64,000 nt of DNA from Cyanidioschyzon merolae (lineage: Eukaryota): the NCBI GenBank assembly GCA_000091205.1, contig AP006490.2; one strand, given 5' to 3'. The notes beneath the pieces were generated by a model. The model was not told the origin of the DNA. It did not search any database and saw nothing but the letters and a program-made list of their open reading frames with translations. How positions within the stretch are numbered: the stretch's first letter is position 1; the number at the start of each line of letters is the position of its first letter. A program made the position numbers and the translations under genes. Positions 20,579-33,184 of the stretch are shown here, one piece after another.

Positions 20579-23500
20579 TTGTCGAGCAACCTTTGCGTGG
20601 CTAGAAGCGTTGCGCGTTCGAGACGCTACTGGGCGAGCAGGCATCTGGAGGGCTTTTTTTTTCGGAAAGCAGACGGCTCTCGGCCGCGTATGCGGACGAC
20701 GCGCCCTTCACGCAGATCAAAGGATGCAACTGAAAACTCCGAAGAGGCCGTTAGGGCAACGCTGCAGTTTGTTGAGCGGCTGCTCAGTCGGATCGACAAG
20801 GACGCGCTTCTCTTTCCAGCAGGGACGTTTTACGGCCCAGGCGGAGTTCGAGCGGACCCGCTTGCTCTGGAAAGACACTCACCGACCGCACGCACGGTGG
20901 CAGCGGTCCCAAGTCGGGAAGCACCGGCGCTTGCACGGCCCTGCAAACTGGAAAACTGCACTGACTCGAAACTGAAGAAGAGCCTGGTCCTGTATTTTGA
21001 AACGCACGCTACCATTGCCGTTAGACTATGGTTCTTATACCGCAGTCTCACCGAGGCGGAGCGCTGGCAGTATGCGGAGCCGTCAACAACGGAGGCGTTC
21101 GAACAAGCTGCTGCAGCGCCCGCTGCGCAGATGAGCCATCCACCAGCCGCCACGAACGAGGCAGAAATTCGAAAAATACCCGAGCCTTTTGTGAGCAAAG
21201 AAAGCTCCCAGCCAAACGAAGCTACCCAAAGGCGCAGCACCTCTGGTCCATGCGATGTGCACCAGTTGGCGCGGCTATATGAAATAGCCCAGTGCTGGAG
21301 CGCGGTTTGCCCGAGACTCTACGTCCTTTCAACCGTAGCCGGTGCTCTGATTGCATGTCACCCTTCTCGAAGGGATGAAATCGCTCAGGATTTGCTTGAA
21401 ATGCTGGCTGGCGTTCAGCACCCGCTGCTGAGTCTGCCGCTGCGTACCTTTGTCGCCAAGCTGCTTGTGGATGCCTGGAAGCCACAAGAAGGGGCAACGG
21501 ATCTCGAAACAGAGCATCTTGTGGACCATCTCATGGACAATTGGGAGAACATGGTGGACGCGTTGATGCGCGTACCCAGCTACGGTTTCGAGCTGCGTCC
21601 GCTCTCGTCGAGTTCAGCTCGAAACGATCTCGCTGCATGTCGCTGGGTGCTGGCAGAGCAGCTCAGTATTCTGCTTGGTTCACAGTTTACAGTGCTAGCG
21701 AGGACTGCATTCGTGAAGGGTGCCATATTCCGCGAAAAAATGCTTCCTATGCTATCGCAGCGCATTCTTCGCATCGCTGAAGCGCCCCTTCAAGAATACC
21801 TGCTCGAATGCTTGATCCAGGCGTTTCCAGAGGAATTCCTCGCTTTCGCCGCCCAGCACTACCTTGACATGATTCAGCGTACTCGGGTCGGGGTTCGTCA
21901 CGCACGTCTCCTGGCTCGTTTCTGGGAACGTCTTCATCGCTGGTTGCAGCGGTCACCGGCGTGGACGCAAGCTGTCCAGGACCTGCCGCTGGTTGTTTGC
22001 GGCATCGAGGCATTGACCTGGGCGTCGCCCGTTCGGACTCCATTCGAATCCGTTGACCGTCTGGACGCATGCGAGATGCTCATAGAACTCGCCCTGAAAA
22101 TGGGTGGTATTCATCATACGAGCTTGAACGAGCTCCTGACACTCTATCTTCGGGCCTGGAAACGTGCATATGCCGACTTGTGTCCGAAGAGTCCAGTCTC
22201 TGCGAGATATCTGGTGCCTCCGACAACAACGACTTTGGTGTCGCTTCCGGGAGCGAGGTCTGCATGTGAGCTGACGCCGTCGCAGTGCCCCTGCGAACTT
22301 CATTCGCCATGTTCACCGGATATGGAAGAGCGCGTGGATCTGGGGGGAATATTCGCGCCCTGTGCCCGTTCGACAGAGGCAAGCTCGTGCACCACTGAAC
22401 AAGCTTATCTGGGCGCCGCGAGACTCGTGCGGCTCTGCAAACGTCTCGTGCGTGCCGCTGGGTGCTGGTCAGACTTGCTCATGGTGCCAGCGTTCAACGA
22501 TTTGTTGACGCTATTGCCGATGGATGATCGGCGTCGCCTCGCTCGCCAGCTTGCGCTTTGGATCGTTCTGGATCGGCCATCGTCAGCCACGGTGTTGCGT
22601 CCTGAGCTTTGCCTTCGCCGCACGAATGCAGAGGCGCTGAAGATTTCACGGCACTATGCATCGATTCTGATATGGCTTGATGCACTTGTGCGCGGGGCAA
22701 AAGCACTGGAAACCGATGAGGAAATCGGGTACCAAGAGGCTAGTCAACACTCAACGAAAGCAGCGCGACAGCAAACCGCGCACGACCTTGACGTTGACGC
22801 CGCCGGTTGTCTGCGAAGCATGCCCGAACCGACCACCGATGATGCTCTCTATGATGTCATGCTCTGCAGCTGTGTGGTGGGAAAATTCACCTGGAACGAC
22901 ATACCCCTTCTTGACCAGCTCATGAACTGGGTCCTGGGGACACCAGCTGCTGCGAGACGCCAACTGCTACCAACCTGCGCAAGTACAGTCATGAGGCTGC
23001 TCGCGGAGCAGGCATCCGCGTCAGAATTCTTACGCACCCAGCTATGGGAACGAATGCACGCGATGCTTGCAAATCTGGCACAGATTGAAAGCGCACAAGC
23101 TGCAGTGCTATCGATAGATGCAGCACTACTGGCTGATCAGGTGGCAGTGGATTCACCGGCACTCGTGAGAAACCTCCTCGTCCAAGCGCTGGTGATACTG
23201 GAAGAGGACCGCTTAAGTGCCCGCGCCTATCGCACGATTCTCCTCCGCGTCATCGATGCGTTGCGCGTTCTCGAGCGGCTCGAGTACGATGCGCTTCTGC
23301 GACTCGCCAGCCAGGTAGCGCATCAGGCAGAGTCGTGCTGGGTACCCGTCGATCGTTGTCAGGCGCTCTGTGCGGTTGCGAATCTCTACGCCTGCATCGC
23401 TGCAGCGCACGAACAATCGACAAGTGCACCCATGCTGCAAGCGGGTACGCAAGCACTTCAGTGCTGGAAACGTGCGCTCGTCATCGCTATGGAAGCGTGC

Positions 23501-23746
23501 GGCGTTTCTGAACGTGCGCATTTGTTGCTCGATGTTTACCGTGCTGGTCGACAATTAACTGTAACGGTTTGCGCGTCTGGTTTTCCTGACTCGTTCCGGG
23601 ATGAACTAGACGCGACATGTTTCGAATGCGTAGCCAGCGTGCAACAGATCATTCGGCAGTTCGGTTGGAGCCACCACGCGGAGCATTTGCATCTCGCGTG
23701 GGCCCGACTTGTTCGACTTGCCGCGTCTCGTGAGGTCCCTCGTTAA
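20579..23746 (+). CDS. Large hypothetical alpha-helical protein (1055 aa), function unknown. True start probably an internal Met
   Basis: Uninterrupted 3.2-kb ORF, Leu/Ala-rich helical repeats. No family recognisable by eye. TAA stop. Confidence 0.4.
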   Translation: MSSNLCVARSVARSRRYWASRHLEGFFFRKADGSRPRMRTTRPSRRSKDATENSEEAVRATLQFVERLLSRIDKDALLFPAGTFYGPGGVRADPLALERHSPTARTVAAVPSREAPALARPCKLENCTDSKLKKSLVLYFETHATIAVRLWFLYRSLTEAERWQYAEPSTTEAFEQAAAAPAAQMSHPPAATNEAEIRKIPEPFVSKESSQPNEATQRRSTSGPCDVHQLARLYEIAQCWSAVCPRLYVLSTVAGALIACHPSRRDEIAQDLLEMLAGVQHPLLSLPLRTFVAKLLVDAWKPQEGATDLETEHLVDHLMDNWENMVDALMRVPSYGFELRPLSSSSARNDLAACRWVLAEQLSILLGSQFTVLARTAFVKGAIFREKMLPMLSQRILRIAEAPLQEYLLECLIQAFPEEFLAFAAQHYLDMIQRTRVGVRHARLLARFWERLHRWLQRSPAWTQAVQDLPLVVCGIEALTWASPVRTPFESVDRLDACEMLIELALKMGGIHHTSLNELLTLYLRAWKRAYADLCPKSPVSARYLVPPTTTTLVSLPGARSACELTPSQCPCELHSPCSPDMEERVDLGGIFAPCARSTEASSCTTEQAYLGAARLVRLCKRLVRAAGCWSDLLMVPAFNDLLTLLPMDDRRRLARQLALWIVLDRPSSATVLRPELCLRRTNAEALKISRHYASILIWLDALVRGAKALETDEEIGYQEASQHSTKAARQQTAHDLDVDAAGCLRSMPEPTTDDALYDVMLCSCVVGKFTWNDIPLLDQLMNWVLGTPAAARRQLLPTCASTVMRLLAEQASASEFLRTQLWERMHAMLANLAQIESAQAAVLSIDAALLADQVAVDSPALVRNLLVQALVILEEDRLSARAYRTILLRVIDALRVLERLEYDALLRLASQVAHQAESCWVPVDRCQALCAVANLYACIAAAHEQSTSAPMLQAGTQALQCWKRALVIAMEACGVSERAHLLLDVYRAGRQLTVTVCASGFPDSFRDELDATCFECVASVQQIIRQFGWSHHAEHLHLAWARLVRLAASREVPR

Positions 23747-24767
23747 AACTTATTTTCACAGCACAAGCCAGCTACGCAGGAACACATCAGCTCCAATCAG
23801 AATCGCTCGGGTGTTTTTCGTGGCCAACCTGGAACGGTAGCGGGAACAATGCAAGCGCACCAGTTTTGTCGTTTGGGGTTCGGGCATGTTGCAGCCGATT
23901 GATAGCCCATGTGATGGGGTATGCAACAGTATCCTGCAGTCAAATGGAGTCATCACGCGCTGGTGCAAGCGTCTTTGTGAATGCGTCGTACGGCAGCGTG
24001 CTGACGACATGTTCGGGCACATAGATGCGCTGTTGCGAGGCATGTGTACTGGGTTCTGCTCAGCGCCTCTGTGCCTAACACGAGCACCTTGAGCCGATGC
24101 ATTTTCGCAGGTGCAGCAACGCCGACCGAGGTCCGCAGTGACGCTCTAGGTACTGTTGGCGGGGGTACTCTGGGCAGGCACTTGGCACCCAGAGGAGGAT
24201 CTTTTCAATGCAACGTGATCCTCAAAGGCAAGTCGAGGTGGTGGTTACAGCGCTTGCTTCTGAAACATAGAGGCAGGGCTTGCAAGAATAATAATAATGG
24301 TAATGATGACGACGGACGCTTCCCGCCCCCTGTATCGATGCCCGTCGCGCACTTTGGTATCGCCTGGTCATTCAAAAGTCCTGATAATCCAACACGAACA
24401 TCTGCGGAGCACCAGCAGCACCAGCATCGATCTGGCACTGAAAAGTGTGCCCTGCAATAGACGCGACGATGGGTGTACGACTCCTGCAATACAGACGCAT
24501 TTGTCGCCTGTCTTGACATTGTTTCTCTTCAAGATACGAGGCAACTGCCACAAAGCACTTGCGCGTGTCCGTGTGAACAAGTGTTGACGTCAGTGAGACA
24601 CAGTGAGCTTGCGCGCGAAGAAGGGATCCGCACTGCACCGCACTGCACTTTTCGTGGAACTTGCTTGATTCAGCGACACCGCGAAGCGACACAGTGCAGT
24701 CTCTCGTTGCGTAACGCTGCTCGAGCGACGCGATCGTCCCACGTCAGACTGGTTGGATACGACGAAC

Positions 24768-25328
24768 ATGTTTAAAAAGTTCGATGCAGATGAGCAAGTC
24801 AGTGGACAGGCCCAGCTCAAGTCGTCGGCGACACGGGCCCTGCGCACAGCGGTCTGCACCCAGATGCCTCGGTTTGAGCCCTATGTCGACGACGTGGTTC
24901 CAAAGAAGGCCCGCATTTTTCAAGTACGCTTACATAACCACTACCAACTTCTTTGTGACGAAGCGGGGCGTGTTCTGTTTCTCCAAGACCGCGACGGACG
25001 GCTCTATCCGACATTGCGTCTCCTGCACGCGTACCCGTTTATGCTGCCGTGGGTGCAGGTCGATCGAGGCGCGATTCGTCACGTCCTCCGGGGTGCGAAT
25101 GTTATGTGTCCCGGCTTGACGAGCCCTGGAGGCTACGTACCTCCAGAACTTGCCGCTGATCAAGTGGTGGCCGTCATGGCAGAAGGAAAGGCCCGAGCCC
25201 TCGCCGTCGGTAGGATGCTGCTCTCTGTTGCACAGGTTCTGCAACAGAATCAGGGCGTGGCCATCGAAAACGTGCACGTACTTGGCGATGAAATATGGAA
25301 ACGAGAACGATGGAGTGCGTCCGGGTAG
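24768..25328 (+). CDS. MCTS1: MCTS1 / MCT-1 homolog (DUF1947 plus PUA domain translation re-initiation factor)
   Basis: [21 protein letters not shown]...[43 protein letters not shown]...[14 protein letters not shown] aligns with human MCTS1 (MFKKFDEKENVS...[43 protein letters not shown]...AIMAEGKQHALCVG). The ORF track starts 15 nt earlier at 24753. Confidence 0.85.
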   Translation: [186 protein letters not shown]

Positions 25329-26009
25329 ACAGGTCACCTGCGTTTCGCCAGAGGGCCACAGGATGCGCTTTGCGCAGCGTCACAGTCTCATATTCTTGTT
25401 CTTGTGGAAAAGGCGATTGAAGCGTCTGTCGGGGCGACGTCTGTTTCGCGTTCCGCATCGGCAGGTGAATGCGTCGACGGCTCGCAAAGTCTTGTGGTAC
25501 GGAGCGAGTGAGCTATCTCGATACATAGCAACCCACACGGCGATAGAGGCGCCTCGTCAAACAAAGCGTCTACCTGGCTAAGGCCATTTGTCTCTTCGAG
25601 AGCAAGCCCTTTTGTGCACAAGGTGCCTTACGTAGCAACGCACAACCGAATGCTGTAGCCGGAAAAGAGGTGCCTGCAGATTGACGCTTTCTTCAGCAGC
25701 AAGGCGTACCGCGCCAGCGACGGTGAAGCGTCCAGCCGGTTATCGAGCAATGCATGTGACTCTATCACTGAACGCAACGTTGTACACCGGCAGACACCAG
25801 AGACGTCTCCGTGGTGCCACATACTTGTTCTTGAACGGAGCGTTCAATTTGAAGGCAAGCCTCTGGGCCGTGGCGCGTCCTCGCTAGCCATTCACAGCGC
25901 CAAGAGACCGTGCGGACTCTCAGGCGGTGCGTGGCCCGCTGCTTGATTCGAACCACCATACAGCACTGTAAACAGGTGTCCTTGCTTTTGGAGTCGTCGA
26001 TACGCCTCC

Positions 26010-27032
26010 CTAATATGGCGTGGTTCGAGCGGAGTCAGCAGCGCTCCATCCGGTCCAATTGGGGGAAGCGTGCACCGCTTCCCCACGGGTGGCGATTTCC
26101 CGATTTCGATCCCATTCGCACTTGATCTGGACCGCGGTCTCTACCAGGTCGCCAACGAACATCTTGCCAAGACCCTGTAGCGCAATGAGGAACGGATGAC
26201 CCGGTGCGTACCCGCTTGCACCACCAACGAGGGCATTGACAAAGCGTCGCAAGTTCTGCGGTCGTAGGGCGGCGCGTCGGAACTCAACATAGCGCTCCTT
26301 CTGGGCCTCTGTCAGCATCTCAAACTGCTCATTGGTCAGCTCCCGGAACGACCGGAACTCGTGCTCGGAACGCTCTGGTTTTGCGAGCGGATTGCTCAGA
26401 ATAGCACTGTATTCCGGAAAGATTTGCGCGTCGATACCATCAAGCAGGTCCGAGTCCATGCTGGTATCGAGATCTGCTGCGTCAGGTTTGAGATCGCCCA
26501 GGACTTGTTCCGCATCATCCCCGAGCAGCACAAACTGAGACAATGAACCTTGTTCTGGGGCGCGCTCCTCCGAATCCTTGTCGAGGGCGGTCTCTGCTCG
26601 GTAACCGCTTCCGGGTGCAGGGGCTGCGGTGCGTCCGCCCCGGGCGTGCCGCTGTGCTCCGGCAGTGCGACCACCACGGCCTCTTGGCCTGCGGTACGCA
26701 GCCTCGCTTTGAGGTCCTTCCAGCTCACCGGTTTCAGTTATACGCGACCTGCGACCTCTGCCTCGTCCCCGCGGGGTCGTTGTACGTTTCTGGGTAGCTT
26801 TTGCTTCCACCGGTGCACCAGCGCCAGCAGCAGTGTCATCCTTTCCGGACACAGCCTGCTCATTCGAGTCAGTGCGTTTTCGGTTGCCATCCGAGCGTCG
26901 GCGTTTCGGTTTGGGCGACGCACTACTCTCAGGTGCGGCTGCTGGCCCGGATTGCGTTGCAACCGACTCAGGGGCGTCACCAACACCCAGCGCGAAACGA
27001 ATGCTGGCTCCACGCGCTTCTTGGGTAGTCAT
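26010..27032 (-). CDS. TAF11-like histone-fold protein (TFIID subunit 11 family) with a long disordered R/G/A-rich N-terminal region
   Basis: C-terminal LTNEQFEMLTEAQKERYVEFRRAALRPQNLRRFVNALVGG...LIALQGLGKMFVGDLVETAVQIKCEW matches the TAF11 histone-fold block (FSEEQLNRYEMYRRSAF.K..IKRLIQ...[21 protein letters not shown]). Confidence 0.5.
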   Translation of the reverse strand: MTTQEARGASIRFALGVGDAPESVATQSGPAAAPESSASPKPKRRRSDGNRKRTDSNEQAVSGKDDTAAGAGAPVEAKATQKRTTTPRGRGRGRRSRITETGELEGPQSEAAYRRPRGRGGRTAGAQRHARGGRTAAPAPGSGYRAETALDKDSEERAPEQGSLSQFVLLGDDAEQVLGDLKPDAADLDTSMDSDLLDGIDAQIFPEYSAILSNPLAKPERSEHEFRSFRELTNEQFEMLTEAQKERYVEFRRAALRPQNLRRFVNALVGGASGYAPGHPFLIALQGLGKMFVGDLVETAVQIKCEWDRNREIATRGEAVHASPNWTGWSAADSARTTPY

Positions 27033-29999
27033 GTTGCCCGTCTAAAATCTGGAGCCAATCGATTGCCGCCGCGACCGCTGATGCTATAACAAGAAAGGAC
27101 TTTTACCAGTCGCCCATGTGCACGTACAGAGAGATGTATGGTATTTTCGACTGGTTGAGCTGCTGGGGCGAAGCGCAGGCGACCCTGTTCGAACGCATTG
27201 CATCGTTTCTGAGTCTGTATCTAAATAGATATTTATATACATTATAGGTATGAAAGGACATCAGATACGTGTCCGATTTCCAATGGAGCCGGCCATACGC
27301 TGTCGAATGCACCCACAAGTATGCAGGATGGAGGAGCGAGGTGCACCACGAGTTTGCTGCGAAACGGCATTGTTTCACAGACCGAATATCATTGACGGAA
27401 CAGATTCAAACTCTGGGTCTCCTGGGCGACGGAAATTGTCGGCAATTCCAGTCTCCCAAGTCGCTGTGATCCATTTGTAATGAACACGAGTTTCGCTTCT
27501 GTTCGGGACAAGGTCTTGTGCGTTGACAGCATATGCAAATGTAACGGAAGCTTTAGGCTGTAAGGGTGTTTTTTCTGTGAGGTGGTTCCGGTGTAGTGGT
27601 GTGTGCCTGCTTCGTGCACAAGCCGGAGTATATCGCAAACAGCACCTGGTTATCGATACGAGCTGCGAGCCAGCTTATCCACATGCGTTCTGTTCCGAGC
27701 GGACGCCTGCCAAGGCGTTAAATCGCCGTTCTGTATCCGAACGGCATCCGCAGCGGCGCCCAAGTCGCTGTGGCAGGTTTGCACGGCGGACTCAACACCT
27801 AGGGTATCGTTTCAACGGATCATGATCCCGAAGAGGAGACGCATCCGTGGCTATTGGATGTGTCGGGTCCAGAATGTCGCCGTGGTCGCTTGCCGTGTTG
27901 CCGGCTTTTAGCATCTGCGCATCTCCCGTGGCCCGTGCTTAAGCTTATCCATGATGCACCATAAAAAATAGGATTATTCATGCGATACTGGTACGGTGTC
28001 TTTCTCCGATCCCCGTGGCAATCGAAGCAAAAGGCAATGCTACCTTCAATCCGAGCATTCGCGGTGCAAACAAGCTATCATGGAAACTTCAGTAGCCAGC
28101 ACGCAGTCGAACTAGTCCGTTTGCATTCAACACAGGAGAGGTATATTGTTTCGATACACACGATCGTATTCAGCGCAGATTTTGCGCCTGTCTCTGGAGG
28201 CTCTCAAACGTTTCCTGGAAATGCGTCGCTCTCTGGGGAGCTCAAAAAGCAACAAGCTCGATGTCGATGTTCCAGTAGCCTTCTAGAATGCCCCAGGGTT
28301 TCATTCACGAGTCGCCGTAAACAACGCTTTGCCGATTGGCCAGATATCCCTCCACAACGTTGCCCCTGACAAGACCGAGCGGATCCAGGTGCGGTGTCAA
28401 GATCCGTGTGCAATCGGCACGCTGCACGTCGTCCAGCGACACGACATGGTCCGGTCCGTGGACGGATTTCGTTGGAAAGCGGCATGCGGGTGCCGGTGAA
28501 TCAGCATCAAGGCAAACGCGCATCGGACTCGAACTGGACCAGATTGTTGGATGCACACACAGTGTCGACAAGTGCATGCAGAAACCCAGCTCCGGTCCAG
28601 CCTGGGTATTATTCCGTTCCTTAGCACGCGCTGGGCCCGTCCTACGCAATTCTGTGTACGGGAGAGATCACGAGTTCATGGAACGCTCTACGGGTCTGAG
28701 GTTCGTGCGCGCAGCTCGTCGGTAAACTGCTTATGGGGCATGTCGCACCGCGCACCGAAGTATCGCTTCCACATTGCTTCATAGAAATATATTCTCTCCC
28801 TGAAGCGGACTCAGCAAGTGACGCGTTTCGCAAATGTCACCACTACCCTGGCACTGGCCGTATTGCGGCAGCAATTTACAGTCCTCGTGCGCGTCTTTCG
28901 CAACCAAGATCATAGAAGCGTGTCGGCGAACTCGCTCTCACTGGTCACCTCCGTCGCTAAGACATTACTCGGACGGTAAGGAGTCCACGTCGCAGAACGT
29001 TATCCGCAAGCCCATCGCAAAGATAGTCCCCCGCTATCCCCAATGCACTGTCATCGCTCGTGTCCACACTCAAGCAAAGAAAGCTGCTTATGCACTCGCG
29101 TCGTACTGCAGCTTCGGCGGCACTCGGAATGAAGCTCTTTAGAGCCGCCGACGCCTGCGTGCTTTCGCGTGTCCACTGGGGCCAACGCCCACAACGCTGC
29201 AACATCGCCTGTGGAGCAGAGGTGCCAAGCGGTGCAGCACAATGCCAACGATAGTGGAAGAGGGCGCGTATCTGCTGTCTCCTTTTATCCATGCACTTGC
29301 ATGTTCAAGGCGGCGAAGCATCTTACGATGTTGCAGCAAGAGCCTATGAACTAGCCCGCGTTTTCCTGCACCTCAAACCAAGCAAGGTATAGCCGCTTGG
29401 CTCGCTTGTTCGAATCCAAGTCGACGACACTGCCGAGGACTGACCCTTTTCTCTTGAGACCCAAGTTCACCGGTACTCCGGGTTTGTACGGGACTCGACA
29501 GATGCGATGCTCCTCAAGCGTTGTTGTTCGCGTTGGCGATCAGGCCGTTCCACCCGGTATACGAGCGGACCTAGAACACCAAAGGTTCCCAGTGCAACGC
29601 TCAGGACAAGCACCGGCTGCTGCTGCCAGGCAGTTTCAAGGAAACTCAAACACCGTCTCCACATAAGCAAACAAACTCCAGAGAACGCAAGTCAACACGC
29701 CAGACGCCTCTGGACTAAAGCACAGGTATCCAATTCGCTGTTTCAAAGCGAGACTCCGCCGCCACTACGTTGTGGTCCGGCTGCGCAGTAGCAACAGCGC
29801 GCAGTCGGCGCAGCACTAGAAACACCCCGCTAAAGCCCTCTCCATACACTTTTTGGTCTCGTTGGACGCAAGTCTGCGGCGAGGGTTGTTGTCTTTTTGC
29901 TTTTCGAGAGAAGCAGCTCGATTGCAGCGGAAGCCGGTCTCATGTGCCTGTAGCTCGAAAACTTGAGAAAATTTTGAGCTGGAGCACAGGTAGAACACT

Positions 30000-30680
30000 A
30001 TGGGACGCGGCTCGCTCTATACAGCTCGGTTTGCTGCCATCAAACGCATCGTTGAAGAAGATCGCTGTTGGCGTCTTTTTGATGCTCGGGATCAAGTACT
30101 GGGACGGCTGGCTAGCCGCGTGGCTTGCATCCTTCTGGGGAAGCATAAACCTTACGCTTTGCCGTACGTGAACCCTCAACCTGGCGACGGGGTTATCGTT
30201 ATCAACGCGCGACACGTAGGCCTCACTGGAAAGAAACTAGATCAAAAGCTCTACCGTCACCACACAGGGTACCCTGGTGGCCTCAAATCGGAACTTGCTC
30301 GGAGCCTACTGGCTCGAAAACCGGAGCGCGTCATAGAGCTCGCTGTTCGGAGAATGCTGCCGCCAGATCGTCGACGACGCAACCTCGTCCGAGACTTGCT
30401 ACGAGTTTATCCGGATGAGAAGCATCCTTTTCCGGAGGAACAGCTTGTGCACATGGGTCTTGTTTGGCGTCGAGTTGGTGAAGGCGGGATCGCAGACGAC
30501 ACGGATGAGGAGCGGTACCGTGCCCAATTCGAGTTCGAGTGGAATCGTCTTGTTCTGCTGGCGTCTCCTGAGCGGGTGCGAGAAATTCTCCGGGAGGAGT
30601 TTGCAGCAAGCCGAGTCATCGAAAGAAAAGAGGTTGCAGAGCAGTCCAATGAACGGGATGAAGACGCTTTCAGTTCGTAG
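30000..30680 (+). CDS. Mitochondrial ribosomal protein uL13m (bacterial-type L13) with C-terminal extension
   Basis: RLFDARDQVLGRLASRVACILLGKHKPYALPYVNPQPGDGVIVINARHVGLTGKK...YRHHTGYPGGLK is the uL13 core. TAG stop. Confidence 0.75.
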   Translation: MGRGSLYTARFAAIKRIVEEDRCWRLFDARDQVLGRLASRVACILLGKHKPYALPYVNPQPGDGVIVINARHVGLTGKKLDQKLYRHHTGYPGGLKSELARSLLARKPERVIELAVRRMLPPDRRRRNLVRDLLRVYPDEKHPFPEEQLVHMGLVWRRVGEGGIADDTDEERYRAQFEFEWNRLVLLASPERVREILREEFAASRVIERKEVAEQSNERDEDAFSS

Positions 30681-32009
30681 CCGGCCCCTGATTGCGCGTC
30701 ATGGTGGCGCGCTGTCCGCGAGGCACGCGCGCGCGATGAGGCGCCTTCGTGGCGAACAGCATGGACTCGCGTGTCCCTCGGTATCAGAGGGATATACCGG
30801 AGCATCCTCAGACGCGAGGACATTGACTCGAAGCAGCACCCAAAGCGATGCAAACTGCCCCCGATGTTGGACGGATACGCGGAGACACTGGCAGCTGCGA
30901 ACGCCGCCACCATGAGCCAGACGAGCAGAGGCGTCAACGAACATTTGAAAGGTTTCCGCGCATCTGTGGCGCGATTGCTCGATGCGCACATACTCTGGTG
31001 TAGGGCTCAAGCGCATCGGATCCGTGCTAGGGCGTGCGCAAAACCTCTAGAACAAAAACACGTAGCAGAGCAGTATGACGGGAACGCTTGCTGCTTCCGA
31101 ACGAGCCTCGCAGCCAGCGTGACGTTCTATCGGCTGCGTGGGCCCCCATCCAGAGCGCACCGTATCTAGGCGCGAAGCGGCTCTGCACGGCGAAGACGCT
31201 GCATAGCACCTATGTCGTTCGCTCAAGCGCGTGACGCAAGTCTGCAGCGTGCGACAGGCCAGAAACCGCGTTTTATTTGATAGACGACGATTCTCACTGG
31301 AATACGCATCGCTGTGAACGCGCGGTTGCGAGAGCAACCCGCGATGCAGGTCGCGAGTGCCCAGGGCACGAACGCGCGCCCTGTCCGTTTCTATGTGTCG
31401 CATGCGTAGCCGGTACTCGCTGATGTCTATTGCCTGCGCTAGCGTTTATATAGGATTAAAATCAAAGCCTGAACTACTCGCTCTGTCCCTGGAATGCGAG
31501 TGCTTCCGAACTCGTTTAGATACGCAGTTTCGATGTTCCAAGTACAGCAACAAGGGTGTGCTCGTCTAAACGTAGTTCAGGGTTGGCTGGTCGGTTATTC
31601 GGGGTGGCGCATTCTGCTTTTCGGCGCTAGAACTCATGACGGTATCGGAAACAGGATGATTGAGATGTGCTGGAACAAGTGCGCAAACAATATCGGTTAT
31701 TGATTTTCTGATTCGTACGTAGCAGCATATATTCATTCCGCTTCCTGACGTGCTGCATGCGTCAAGTTTTCGATCCCGCTTCGATGCGGTAACTCGCAGG
31801 CGCGGCGAGTGGCGCTTCTGGACTGGAGACGAAACAATGCCGATCTCGTGCCCGGATGGCTCGTTCAGAGGCTCTTGTCGAGCGTTTACTGATATTCTCA
31901 CGTAAACGAATAATAGAATACGTCCGAAAGCCAAATGCTTATCTCATTGTGGTTATTGGCGAAACGGCACTCGAGACGAACAAGACGCTTTTCACGGGGA
32001 ATGCCCCCA

Positions 32010-32160
32010 GAGGCTCCCTTCTCTCCTGTTTGCATGAACAAGGGTCTTGGAATCGGACTTGCAACATCGCAGCAGCGCCGTCTCAGTCGAAAGTGTATCG
32101 TATATTCGCAGGCAAGGAAGCGTACACGGATCGAAATTGCTCGTCTTGTTTTCCAGCCGG
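32010..32160. repeat. Dispersed repeat family, partial copy B (3' half only)
   Basis: aagggtcttggaatcggacttgcaacatcgcag...gtgtatcgtatattcgcaggcaaggaagcgtacacggatcgaaattgctcg is homologous to 19385-19500 of copy A. Confidence 0.45.
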
Positions 32161-33184
32161 GATTCCGCTTTCGTTGCCTAATTCACTTTTGACAGCGTTG
32201 AGATCCACAATCCTCAATCGAATGGGAAAGCGCTCGCTTCCACGTGCAGCCGACTGAGAACTCGTCGAGCGGGTCGACCAGAGCAAGCCGGTGATCTTCG
32301 GGTATGGCACCTCAGCCGGCATCGGACGACGGCATGGAAGCAAGGCTTCTGTGCCCGTCACCAGCATGTATCGATCGATGAATCATGCGTTTATGCGTCA
32401 TAGGGCAACCACTGGAATCGGAGGCGGTGGCATCGATACATGGGAGTACCGAACCACAGTAACGTGTCACCACGACGAAGAGCACACTCAGGCCGTATAC
32501 AACGTAGACGATGACAAAAATTGGATCATCGATCGCGAAAACCTTCTCTCTATCAAGTGCGTAGACAACAGCAGGAAGTCGCGAAATACCAACCTTTCAC
32601 GCTGCTATCAAAACCCTTCGACTACTGACAACGGGGCTAGATGGACAGGAGTGACCGACGCACTGAAAGCCGGAGATAAGAGAGACAATAAGGAACGAGT
32701 CGTAGAAAAAAGTCTGCGAAAGCTAGTCGTGATGACGATCGAAAGAGACCCAGATTTCAGAACGGTCGCTTGAGTTTGGTGACTGTGTAGACCCCCGTGC
32801 CATGCGCTGCACGCAGGGGAAGGACGGCCCTGGACCGGCACCAGCGCGATCGGTGGAGCCAACCTGTGTCTGCAAAATCCCTAAAGGTTCAGTTTCAGTA
32901 GCAACGGCGCGTCGCCAGCGGGCACCATGCCGTGCACGATGCCGTCGACCGCATCAGGCTTCTTCATAGAAACTGTAACTAACTGGAATAAAAGGACAGC
33001 TTGCGGCGGGCTCGTCGCCAGCCGCCGTCGCACTACGACGGTCTCTCCCTGACCCAGAAACGTCTCTGGACTTGCGCGTTACCGACTGGGTCGACGTCGA
33101 AACGAACTCGTTTCCGTTGCTAGTACTGACCTCCACATACGCGCATCGTAACGCATCGAACAACACACATACGTTCCGAAAAAA

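Noticed and set aside
25935-25960. Possible tRNA T-arm (ggtggttcgaatcaagc on the minus strand)
   Set aside because: Flanking bases cannot form the 5-bp T stem or an acceptor stem, so it is not a tRNA. No tRNA could be confidently identified by eye anywhere in the window.
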